Of a stretch of 32,000 nucleotides of DNA, positions 10,354 to 17,789 are shown in pieces. Source of the DNA: Pseudidiomarina andamanensis (GTDB taxonomy: Bacteria > Pseudomonadota > Gammaproteobacteria > Enterobacterales > Alteromonadaceae). Below the pieces are notes generated by a model, which searched no databases, was not told the origin of the DNA, and saw nothing but the letters and a program-made list of their open reading frames with translations. The position numbers and the translations under genes were made by a program. How positions within the stretch are numbered: position 1 is the stretch's first letter; each line of letters opens with the position of its first letter. The stretch covers positions 1,860,001 through 1,892,000 of the forward strand of contig NZ_CP032551.1 of NCBI RefSeq assembly GCF_009734345.1, given 5' to 3'.

Positions 10354-12100
10354 CGTTCATCCAATTCTGTAAAATGCGAGCCACTTGGCGCGGATTGGTT
10401 TGTGCGATTTCTTTCGCTTTGGCTAAGGCTTGTGTGTAGTTCTTGTTGTTGCGCTGTTCTGGCCAATGGAAACTATCGCCTTGATCTTCGGCAATGTTCG
10501 AATCATCTTCAGCATCGTAGTTGGAACCATCTTTGCGACGACGTTTCACTACAACTTCTTCCATGTCGTCATCATCGCCAACTACAGCACGAAGCGTGCC
10601 TTTGCCATGCGTTGTTGTGGCATTAGTGGTCGGTGAGACATGCACATAGCGCTTCATAATAGGACGTAGTAGCAATAAGTAGAGCAAGAGGATGCCAATA
10701 CCAGCTAACACATAGCGCACGAGATTTTGCGCAAGTTGCATCACGGCTGGTTGTTTATACCAAGGCTCTTCAATAATGGTTTCTTCGTTATTTACAAACG
10801 GGCTGTTTACCACTTCAATTTGGTCACCGCGCGCTTCTTGGAAGCCCATCGCTTGGCGTACTAGGCGATTAATATACTCAAGCTCTTCAGCACTACGAGG
10901 CACTAATTTAGGGTTACCTTCTTCATCCAGCACCGTGCGGTGGTTAATCACGATCGCTGCGGATAATCGCTCAAGTTGACCACGCTGATGATCGACATGC
11001 TCAACAAAACGGTCGAGCTCGTAGTTCACCACTTGGTCTTGCTGCACAGCGCGAGAGCCTGTGGCCGCAGTCGTTTCAGTCTCATCGCCTTCGGCTGTTG
11101 TTTCGATTGGTGATGGTTCAACGCCCGGCGGTGTATTGGTTAATGCGCCAGGAACGCCCATGGCACCAGCGCCACTGCCTTGTAAATTGGTGTTGCGCTG
11201 AATGCTTCGAATGGCCGCTGTTTCAGCGGTTTGGTTTGGACTATAGCGCTCAGCCGTTGCTTCACGTTTAGAAAAATCAACCTGCGCAACAACCTGCGCT
11301 TTGATGTTGTCGCGACCCAAAATGGGTATCAATATATTTTCAATACGCTGCTGATAAGACTGCTCAACCTGCTGAATGTAATCAAGCTTCGAGCCACTCA
11401 AAGCGTCGTCGCGGTTATTCTGTGAGAGCAGCGCACCATATTGATCAACTACAGTAACATTGTCTGGAGCAAGTTCAGGGACACTGCTTGAGACCATATG
11501 AATAATGGCTTGTACTTGGCCGTCACCAAGTTTGCGTCCTGGGTGTAACGTTAGAATAACCGAAGCTTTCGCTGGCTCGCGTTCACGCACGAATACCGAC
11601 GCTTTCGCCATGGCTAAATGCACGCGCGCTTTTTGCACTGGGCCTAATGATTCCATCGAGCTAGCAAGCTCGCCCTCAAGTGCTCGCTGGAAATTGACTT
11701 GCTCAGCAAATTGACTAATACCAAACGCTTGGTTGTCCATCAGCGAGAAACCAGCATTGCCGCCTTGCGGTAAGCCTTGCTCAGCCATTTGTAGGCGTAA
11801 TTTATGAACTTGGTCACTTGGCACCAAAATTGTACCGGCACTGTTGAGCTGATAAGGAATTTGGCGCGCGTCTAGTTCAGTCACAATGCGACCGCCGTCG
11901 GCTTCGCTTAAGTTGCTATACAACACACGATATTCTGGTGCGCTTGCCCACATCACCAACGCAAACACCAAGCCAATAAACGCCGCACCGCCAATTAGTA
12001 GGGGTACTAAACCGCTTTGCTTCAGCTTATTCAGCCATTGCGGCGGCGCTGCATTCGCCGCTGCTGGACTGTTCATTGTTTGTGCTTGCGTTGCTTCCAT
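10337..12100 (-). CDS. fliF: Flagellar MS-ring protein FliF
   Basis: 587 aa counted from ATG 12100 (MEATQAQ...). It has two TM segments flanking a large periplasmic region (YRVLYSNLSEADGGRIVTELD...). The TTG at 12112 is an alternative start. Confidence 0.95.
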   Translation of the reverse strand: MEATQAQTMNSPAAANAAPPQWLNKLKQSGLVPLLIGGAAFIGLVFALVMWASAPEYRVLYSNLSEADGGRIVTELDARQIPYQLNSAGTILVPSDQVHKLRLQMAEQGLPQGGNAGFSLMDNQAFGISQFAEQVNFQRALEGELASSMESLGPVQKARVHLAMAKASVFVREREPAKASVILTLHPGRKLGDGQVQAIIHMVSSSVPELAPDNVTVVDQYGALLSQNNRDDALSGSKLDYIQQVEQSYQQRIENILIPILGRDNIKAQVVAQVDFSKREATAERYSPNQTAETAAIRSIQRNTNLQGSGAGAMGVPGALTNTPPGVEPSPIETTAEGDETETTAATGSRAVQQDQVVNYELDRFVEHVDHQRGQLERLSAAIVINHRTVLDEEGNPKLVPRSAEELEYINRLVRQAMGFQEARGDQIEVVNSPFVNNEETIIEEPWYKQPAVMQLAQNLVRYVLAGIGILLLYLLLLRPIMKRYVHVSPTTNATTTHGKGTLRAVVGDDDDMEEVVVKRRRKDGSNYDAEDDSNIAEDQGDSFHWPEQRNNKNYTQALAKAKEIAQTNPRQVARILQNWMNDDDHV

Positions 12101-12175
12101 TGGGTATCTCAATTCAATTTGTGCACGGATTTATCTACTGCACATTATGCGTAAGGCAACGCAAGTCAAAGTGGT

Positions 12176-12202
12176 AATAAACGCACTTTTTTATGCTTTA
12201 TT
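12176..12202. promoter_or_regulatory. Imperfect inverted repeat AATAAACGC-N10-GCTTTATT in the divergent fliF/fliE control region (candidate class II operator)
   Basis: Read directly. The half-sites loosely resemble the AAATA(A/G)CG core of enteric FlhD4C2 boxes and have a 10-nt spacer, but the outer AAYGS part matches poorly. Confidence 0.3.
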
Positions 12203-12272
12203 GCTCGCTTCACTTTTGTAATGACTGGGTATAGTTGCTGCAATCAAAGAAGTGGGTGAGAAGGAATTAGCA

Positions 12273-12617
12273 ATGAGCGTACCGGCTATTCAAACCGCAT
12301 TACAGCAAATGCAAATCATGAAGGCGGAGGTTGCTGCACCAGCGGCGGCTAAAGTTAACCTGAATGTACAACCTGGGGTTGAACAAGCGCAAAAGGGCGG
12401 TTTTGCGGGTGAGTTGAAAAGCTCAATTGAGCGTATTAACTCGCTTCAGCAAGCGTCTGCTGCCACTACAACAGCCTTCCAGTTGGGCGATCCGAACGTG
12501 TCATTGAATCAAGTGATGGTCGACAAGCAAAAGGCAGGCTTAGCATTTGAAATGGGCGTGCAAGTGCGCAATAAACTCGTAAGTGCTTACAAAGATATTA
12601 TGAATATGCAGGTATAG
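12273..12617 (+). CDS. fliE: Flagellar hook-basal body protein FliE
   Basis: 114 aa counted from ATG 12273, with GAGAAGGA 8 nt upstream. The C-terminus ...VMVDKQKAGLAFEMGVQVRNKLVSAYKDIMNMQV is typical of FliE. The gene is divergent from fliF. Confidence 0.9.
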   Translation: MSVPAIQTALQQMQIMKAEVAAPAAAKVNLNVQPGVEQAQKGGFAGELKSSIERINSLQQASAATTTAFQLGDPNVSLNQVMVDKQKAGLAFEMGVQVRNKLVSAYKDIMNMQV

Positions 12618-12630
12618 AATTGGACTTGCG

Positions 12631-12650
12631 GAAGAGGCTTATGCCTCTTC
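12631..12650. terminator. Perfect 8-bp hairpin GAAGAGGC-TTAT-GCCTCTTC between convergent fliE and flaG
   Basis: Read directly. It overlaps the last flaG codons and stop. Neither side has a U-tract, so terminator function is uncertain. Confidence 0.35.
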
Positions 12651-12986
12651 ACGCACTAATAATCCACTCATTTCATGCAAATGCTGAGCAATACGCAACA
12701 CTTCTTCGTTTGGTATTTGACGAATCACTTCGCCGGTGTCTTGGCTCACAACTTTCACAATCGTGCGGCCTGACCCATCATCAAACTCAAAATGAATGCC
12801 ATAGTTATTCATGACTTCATTAATCTGTTGAACTGGTTTCACTAACTCGTCTTTTTTTATTTCTCGTTGCGCTTCGCTTTGACGCACTGCAGGTAATTGC
12901 TGCAATACGCGGTCTAGTCGCTGCTTTTCAGCGGCAGCGGTTGTCACCGGCCAATTTGAAGTGGCTTCATTAATTGGGGTAGCCAT
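12639..12986 (-). CDS. flaG: FlaG family flagellar protein
   Basis: 115 aa. The FlaG signature is ...FEFDDGSGRTIVKVVSQDTGEVIRQIPNEEVLRIAQHL.EMSGLL. The gene has its own sigma28 promoter. Confidence 0.8.
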   Translation of the reverse strand: MATPINEATSNWPVTTAAAEKQRLDRVLQQLPAVRQSEAQREIKKDELVKPVQQINEVMNNYGIHFEFDDGSGRTIVKVVSQDTGEVIRQIPNEEVLRIAQHLHEMSGLLVREEA

Positions 12987-13004
12987 AGTGTTATCTCCAA
13001 AATA

Positions 13005-13022
13005 CGAAAATATTTTTCGCTT
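13005..13022 (-). repeat. Copy A of the 18-nt motif AAGCGAAAAATATTTTCG (contains CGAAAA-ATA-TTTTCG palindrome)
   Basis: The minus-strand reading is identical to the plus-strand 14437-14454. It starts about 2 nt after the expected flaG transcription start. Confidence 0.7.
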
Positions 13023-13030
13023 ACATTGGA

Positions 13031-13057
13031 ATATCGGCTGAAAACGTACAAACTTTA
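13031..13057 (-). promoter_or_regulatory. sigma28 (FliA) promoter of flaG
   Basis: The minus strand reads TAAAGTTT-gtacgttttca-GCCGATAT. That is the enteric consensus TAAAGTTT-N11-GCCGATAA with one mismatch, 45 nt upstream of the flaG ATG. Confidence 0.8.
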
Positions 13058-13083
13058 GCCGGTTTTTCTAGCTCTAATCCTTC

Positions 13084-13434
13084 TTACAAAGTCGAAGCTA
13101 ATTCACTGACTTTGTTATATAAATTCATGATGGCAGAAAGTGCAACGCGCTCGCTGTCATCCAATTCCAAATAGGTGTTCTCGGCACGCCGGCCTTCCGG
13201 CTTAATAATATGAGCGTAACGGGTCAACAGATGCTCTAAATTCATCTGAATCATCATCAGTTCCAGCTGAAACTCCTGCTGATAAACCTGATATTTTTCC
13301 TGTTGCTGCGCATCCTTGCTGTTTTCAATAGCGGCTTTGAGTTTGCTTTCCAAAATGAACTCGACCGTTTTTAGCTTAGGTATCACATCATTGATCAGTT
13401 GCTCTGATGTGACGGTTGCGCTTACAGAATTCAT
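13084..13434 (-). CDS. Hypothetical small helical protein (116 aa) between fliC and flaG
   Basis: The ORF has AGGTAGGA upstream and is Q/E/L-rich, with no motif I recognise. Only its genomic context is flagellar. Confidence 0.55.
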   Translation of the reverse strand: MNSVSATVTSEQLINDVIPKLKTVEFILESKLKAAIENSKDAQQQEKYQVYQQEFQLELMMIQMNLEHLLTRYAHIIKPEGRRAENTYLELDDSERVALSAIMNLYNKVSELASTL

Positions 13435-13454
13435 CGCTGTTATCCTACCTGCCT

Positions 13455-13484
13455 ACAAACAAAACAGGCCCCCTAAGGAGCCTG
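13455..13484 (-). terminator. Rho-independent terminator after fliC
   Basis: Minus-strand RNA CAGGCUCC-UUAG-GGGGCCUG (8-bp stem including one G.U pair), followed by UUUUGUUUGU. It begins 27 nt after the fliC stop. Confidence 0.6.
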
Positions 13485-13511
13485 CTATTAAGTTTGGCAC
13501 TAGTTGAGGTA

Positions 13512-14336
13512 TTAACCCAACAGTGACAATACTGACTGTGGTACTTGGTTTGCCTGTGCCAGTACTGAAGTACCAGCCTGCTGCAAGATCTGAGCACGAG
13601 TCATGTTTGATACTTCAACTGCATAGTCAGCATCTTCGATACGTGAACGTGCCGCTGATAAGTTAGTTGAAGTTGTTGCTAAGTTTTCAACTACTGAATC
13701 AAAGCGGTTCAGGGTCGCACCCAAAGTGCTGCGCGAGGTGTCAATTGTTGCCATGGCGGTATCAACGGCATCAATTGCTGCTTGAGCATTTACAGCGCTA
13801 TCAACAGTCAAAGCGTTTACGCCAAGTGTTGCTGAAGTTGCGTCTACAGTAGCGACTTGAATTGAATCATTTGCAGTTGTGTTTGCGCCAACTTGAATCT
13901 GTAATGGTGCTAGAGCGCTTCCGTCAAGCAAGTTTGTGCCGTTGAAGCTTGCGCCGCCAGCAATACGGTCGATTTCCGCAACACGCTCGGTGATTTCTGT
14001 TTGAATTGAAGTACGGTCATCAGCGCTGTTAGTATCAGAAGCTGCTTGAACTGCCAATTCACGAATACGTTGCAAGTTGTCGTTGATTTGGTTTAAGCCG
14101 CCTTCCATGGTTTGCACCATAGAGATACCGTCGTTTGCGTTACGCTGAGCTTGACGCATACCAGTAATTTGTGCAGTCATGCGGTTAGCAATTGCTTGAC
14201 CCGCTGCATCGTCTTTGGCGCTGTTGATACGCAGGCCTGAAGACAGACGTTCCATTGAAGTTTGCAGTGAAGACTGTGACTTCTGGAGGTTTTGCTGACC
14301 GATCAGTGAGGTCATGTTTGTGTTGATAACTGACAT
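13512..14336 (-). CDS. fliC: Flagellin (short form, D0/D1 only)
   Basis: 274 aa. N-terminus MSVINTNMTSLIGQQNL...LSSGLRINSAKDDAAG; C-terminus ...LSAARSRIEDADYAVEVSNMTRAQILQQAGTSVLAQANQVPQSVLSLLG. Confidence 0.95.
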   Translation of the reverse strand: MSVINTNMTSLIGQQNLQKSQSSLQTSMERLSSGLRINSAKDDAAGQAIANRMTAQITGMRQAQRNANDGISMVQTMEGGLNQINDNLQRIRELAVQAASDTNSADDRTSIQTEITERVAEIDRIAGGASFNGTNLLDGSALAPLQIQVGANTTANDSIQVATVDATSATLGVNALTVDSAVNAQAAIDAVDTAMATIDTSRSTLGATLNRFDSVVENLATTSTNLSAARSRIEDADYAVEVSNMTRAQILQQAGTSVLAQANQVPQSVLSLLG

Positions 14337-14394
14337 AGTCTTATTCCTTCTGTTTCCAAATTAGGCTGCCTAGTTTGGCCTGCCGTCGCTAAGG

Positions 14395-14421
14395 GTTATC
14401 GGTGGCTGTAAAAAAACCTTT
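14395..14421 (-). promoter_or_regulatory. sigma28 promoter of fliC
   Basis: The minus strand reads TAAAGGTT-tttttacagcc-ACCGATAA, 58 nt upstream of the fliC ATG. Confidence 0.75.
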
Positions 14422-14436
14422 AGAAATTTTTTTCAA

Positions 14437-14454
14437 AAAGCGAAAAATATTTTC
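14437..14454 (+). repeat. Copy B of the 18-nt motif AAGCGAAAAATATTTTCG
   Basis: Exact repeat of 13005-13022 (reverse complement). It lies between the -35 boxes of the divergent fliC and ycgR-like promoters. Confidence 0.7.
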
Positions 14455-14491
14455 GAATGCCACAACAACGCTTGCTATATTAAGGGCTAAC

Positions 14492-14518
14492 TAAAGGCAT
14501 GAGCGCTTATGCCGATAA
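14492..14518 (+). promoter_or_regulatory. sigma28 promoter of the PilZ/HD-GYP gene
   Basis: TAAAGGCA-tgagcgcttat-GCCGATAA, with a perfect -10 box and exact N11 spacing. It ends 36 nt upstream of the GTG start. Confidence 0.8.
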
Positions 14519-14554
14519 ATGGAATCAGATTATAACTAAGGAAAGGAGCATCGC

Positions 14555-16270
14555 GTGAGCGAGGCCAGTCAACACGCTCAAACGAGCGAAAATGAATTTA
14601 CGCCAATAAATAGCTTGGTTGAACTTGCGACATATTATGACGCATTGAGTCAGCCGGGCGTGGCGGTGTTGACGCTGCTTGGGCCTGCGGAAAAAGATCA
14701 TCCGGTAGTGCTGGTTGAACAACTCGAAGAAGATTACCTCCTTTTTGATCTCACCGCGATTCGTGATGTTGCGCCGCCTCTGCGTCGCGGTGGCAAATTT
14801 ATCCTTTCCGGTTTCACGCCAGGCGGACTCGTCCGCTCAAACCCCATGTCAATTCGTGAATTCACCACGGTTGATAGTCGTTTATTAGCTTACGCTGATT
14901 GGCCCACTGAAATTCATGTGAAGCAACGCCGAGCAAGTTTCCGTGCGAGTTTGCGTATTGGCATGAACGTGGGTGTGCATGTGCGCACCAAAGATAACGA
15001 TAAAGATGAATTAGTCGAGTTGCAGGGCGACTTAAAAGACTTATCGGCGACCGGCTGTTTGGCCGAATTCTTTATGCAAGACGGCGTGTCGCGGGTATTG
15101 CCCGATATTGCAACAGAGATTGAACTGTATTTTCCAAACGGAACATCATTTGAAGTTAAAGCCAAAGTGCGGCATTTGAAAACAGATAATGATCGGCAAG
15201 TTTTGGCGGTTGGTTTTGAGTTTGAAAATGTGAGTCAGCCGCAAGAGCGTGAAATTTGGGGTTATGTACGTGAAATTGAGCGTGAAGCTTCACGTAGCGC
15301 GGGTAACGGGGATAGCCGCAGTGAATCAGAGTTATTCCGCGTTCGTGATGAGAACGATATGAAGTTGAGCCGCCGTCATGGGCATACTTATGCGACACCA
15401 ATGGCTCGGAAAATGGCCCGCATTGCTGGTTATCTTGATAGCCAGATGGTCGTGATGAAGCAAGGCCAAGCGGTGAATTCATCGCAGCTGTCGCTTCATG
15501 CGGACCGAATTTTGGACATGCTCGAAGATGATCGCCAGGAAACCTTGTTTTCAGTGCATTGTATTCATCGCGAATCGCGTTGGGTAAAACACGGTCTTGC
15601 TGTGGCGGTACGTTTAGCGGACTTGTTGAATGCCGCGAAGATGCCGCGCGATTTGCGCAAGGCAGTAGTTGCTGCGGCAATGGTTCATGATCTCGGTAAA
15701 GGGACGCTTCCTCCAGAAATTTGGAAGGCGACCACGCTAAGCACTGATATTTATGAAGAAATGCAAAGCCATGTGGAAGCTATTATTGAGAAGCTTAGTG
15801 GCGTCAAGTGGCTTGCTCCGGTGGTGAGAGACAATGTGATTGCACAAATCAATGAACGCTTGGATGGTTCGGGTTATCCAAATGGATTGAAAGACAAGCA
15901 ACTTGGTCAGTTAGCGCGAGCGGCGGCGGTGGTTGATGCAATTGACGCGGTTCAACGCCACCGACCAGATCGCCCAGCGATAACGCCAGTTGCTGCCGGT
16001 AAGTCAATGCAAACACGGCTGGAGCAGTTTGATGAAGCCTGGGTGAAAAGGTATGTTGCTCACTTTGGCCCACTTCCAATTGGTTCGTTGCTACGTTTTG
16101 AAAAAGGGCAGTTCGGTTGGGTTGTTGGCCTCGATGCCAAAAAGCGAGTCAACCGTATACGTCTTTCACCTCATAAATTGGCACCTGATGATAAGTTAGG
16201 CCCGCCCATTGAAGGCGCTGCTTTGGCCGAATTAGGGCGCATTCGTGACGTTTTAATACCGGAAAGTTAA
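14555..16270 (+). CDS. YcgR-like (PilZN + PilZ) c-di-GMP receptor fused to an HD-GYP domain with non-canonical metal motif
   Basis: GTG start with AAGGAAAGGAG upstream. Residues ~1-250 are collinear with YcgR: RRASFR (125-130, RxxxR), DLSATG (162-167, DxSxxG) and the tail FEFENVSQPQEREIWGYVREIEREA. Residues ~330-520 are HD-GYP: HDLGK (378-382), ERLDGSGYP (434-442) and VDAIDAV. The two His normally preceding E434 are I432 and N433. Confidence 0.85.
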   Translation: MSEASQHAQTSENEFTPINSLVELATYYDALSQPGVAVLTLLGPAEKDHPVVLVEQLEEDYLLFDLTAIRDVAPPLRRGGKFILSGFTPGGLVRSNPMSIREFTTVDSRLLAYADWPTEIHVKQRRASFRASLRIGMNVGVHVRTKDNDKDELVELQGDLKDLSATGCLAEFFMQDGVSRVLPDIATEIELYFPNGTSFEVKAKVRHLKTDNDRQVLAVGFEFENVSQPQEREIWGYVREIEREASRSAGNGDSRSESELFRVRDENDMKLSRRHGHTYATPMARKMARIAGYLDSQMVVMKQGQAVNSSQLSLHADRILDMLEDDRQETLFSVHCIHRESRWVKHGLAVAVRLADLLNAAKMPRDLRKAVVAAAMVHDLGKGTLPPEIWKATTLSTDIYEEMQSHVEAIIEKLSGVKWLAPVVRDNVIAQINERLDGSGYPNGLKDKQLGQLARAAAVVDAIDAVQRHRPDRPAITPVAAGKSMQTRLEQFDEAWVKRYVAHFGPLPIGSLLRFEKGQFGWVVGLDAKKRVNRIRLSPHKLAPDDKLGPPIEGAALAELGRIRDVLIPES

Positions 16271-16299
16271 ATCATTTCTTCGGTAAGTAAAAAAATCTC

Positions 16300-16326
16300 T
16301 AAAGTTGAACAAATTGTCGCCGATAA
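16300..16326 (+). promoter_or_regulatory. sigma28 promoter of the fliD operon
   Basis: TAAAGTTG-aacaaattgtc-GCCGATAA, 93 nt upstream of the fliD ATG. Confidence 0.8.
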
Positions 16327-16419
16327 ACATGAATAGGCGTGTTTTGCGTCGCTTTTTATCGGTTTTGAATTGAATTTATTCATGCAAACTGATTGGTATG
16401 AGAAATAGGGGTTAGCACC

Positions 16420-17778
16420 ATGGCATCAATAGCAGCATTAGGTATCGGTTCGGGCCTCGACCTGAACGGCTTACTAAATCAGCTGGAAGCAGCTGAGCGG
16501 CAGCGCCTACAACCGATCTCGTTACAGCAAAAGAGCTTTGAAGCGAGAATTTCTGCCTATGGCAAGCTACAGAGCGCGTTAACTAAATTTCAAGACGCAA
16601 CTAGCGCTCTCAATTTAACGCCAACATTTAAAGCGACGAAAAGCTCAGTTAATTCTGATGTGCTGACTGTTGCCGCTGCATCGAATACACCGACGGGTAC
16701 CTTCGACGTCAATGTGACGGGGTTAGCTAGAAGCTATAGCATCGCGACTCAGGGAGTTACTGATAGTGCTGCACAAATTGGAACAGGTACGGGAAATGTA
16801 AGCTTAACTCTAGCGAATGGTACAACACATAGTATCGATTTAGCGGATGGCGCAACGTCGTTAGAAGATATTCGAAGTGCCGTAAATAACGCACAAACTG
16901 ATGTTCAAGCTTCAATTATAAATGATGGAAGCGGTAGCCCATATCGGTTGGTTTTTAGTTCCGCAAGCACAGGAACCGATTCTGCTATTGCTGATATCAC
17001 ATTCGGAGGCGCTCTTGCTGGCAATGTGGCGACGGATGTCTCTACTGAAGTGGCTGCATCAAATGCAACGCTTTCGGTCAATGGTGTTGCTATTACTAGT
17101 CAGACAAATGTTGTAGAGAATGCAATTCAAGGTGTAACGCTTTCGTTGGCGAAAGAAGGGCAAGCGCAAGTCAGTATTACGCGTGATGCCGAATCAATTT
17201 CAGGAAATGTGAACGACTTTGTTGCGTCATTTAATGAGCTCCAGCAACTCATTACTGATATGACGAAATACGACGAAGGCTCACAAGTTGCTGGCCAGTT
17301 GTTAGGTGACAGTGGCGTGAGAACGATCGAATCTCGTCTTCGAAACCTGCTGAGTGAGACGGTTGCTAGTCAGTTTACCAAGCTTGGTGATATTGGCATT
17401 TCGCGAGAACTTGGCGGCAAGTTAAAGGTGGATGAAGAAGCGCTCGCAAATGTCGTCCAAAATGACTTGCCAATGTTGCAAGAGTTTTTCGCAGGTACAG
17501 ATACTATAGAAGGCTTTGCCGACAAGGCAAAGACAACGCTGAGTAATCTTTTAGCCGATGAAGGCCCAATCAATAGTCGAATCAAAGGGTTCGAGAGTAC
17601 GCTCGAGCGCTTAGATGACCGTTACTTCCAAGAAGAACAACGAATTGCATCAACAGTGGAAATCTATCGTAAGCAATTCGCACAAATGGACAGCATGATT
17701 GCGAGCATGAATTCAACCAGTGCTTATTTACAGCAACAGTTTGCTTCGCTGAATGCGCAATTAGGCCAAGGTAACTAG
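16420..17778 (+). CDS. fliD: Flagellar filament cap protein FliD
   Basis: 452 aa. The N-terminus is MASIAALGIGSGLDLNGLLNQLEAAERQRLQP, and the C-terminal coiled coil is ...YRKQFAQMDSMIASMNSTSAYLQQQF. Confidence 0.9.
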   Translation: MASIAALGIGSGLDLNGLLNQLEAAERQRLQPISLQQKSFEARISAYGKLQSALTKFQDATSALNLTPTFKATKSSVNSDVLTVAAASNTPTGTFDVNVTGLARSYSIATQGVTDSAAQIGTGTGNVSLTLANGTTHSIDLADGATSLEDIRSAVNNAQTDVQASIINDGSGSPYRLVFSSASTGTDSAIADITFGGALAGNVATDVSTEVAASNATLSVNGVAITSQTNVVENAIQGVTLSLAKEGQAQVSITRDAESISGNVNDFVASFNELQQLITDMTKYDEGSQVAGQLLGDSGVRTIESRLRNLLSETVASQFTKLGDIGISRELGGKLKVDEEALANVVQNDLPMLQEFFAGTDTIEGFADKAKTTLSNLLADEGPINSRIKGFESTLERLDDRYFQEEQRIASTVEIYRKQFAQMDSMIASMNSTSAYLQQQFASLNAQLGQGN

Positions 17779-17789
17779 AGGTAATTATC

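Noticed and set aside
12228-12241. sigma54-like GG-N10-GC element (gGGtatagttgcTGCa) 32 nt upstream of the fliE ATG
   Set aside because: The spacing is correct, but the flanking consensus (TGGCAC / TTGC) is poorly matched. GG-N10-GC is expected by chance at roughly this frequency in a 170-nt region. The locus carries FlhDC rather than a sigma54 activator. I kept it only as a note.
15156-15680. 174-aa minus-strand ORF inside the PilZ/HD-GYP gene
   Set aside because: It is antisense to a gene with clear PilZ and HD-GYP motifs. Its sequence is Pro/His/Ser-rich with no motif. It is a shadow ORF.
16328-16384. 8-bp inverted repeat CATGAATA...TATTCATG in the fliD leader
   Set aside because: The left arm begins 2 nt after the sigma28 -10 box, so it is probably not fully transcribed. 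The loop is 41 nt and the stem is AT-rich. This is weak evidence for any RNA structure.
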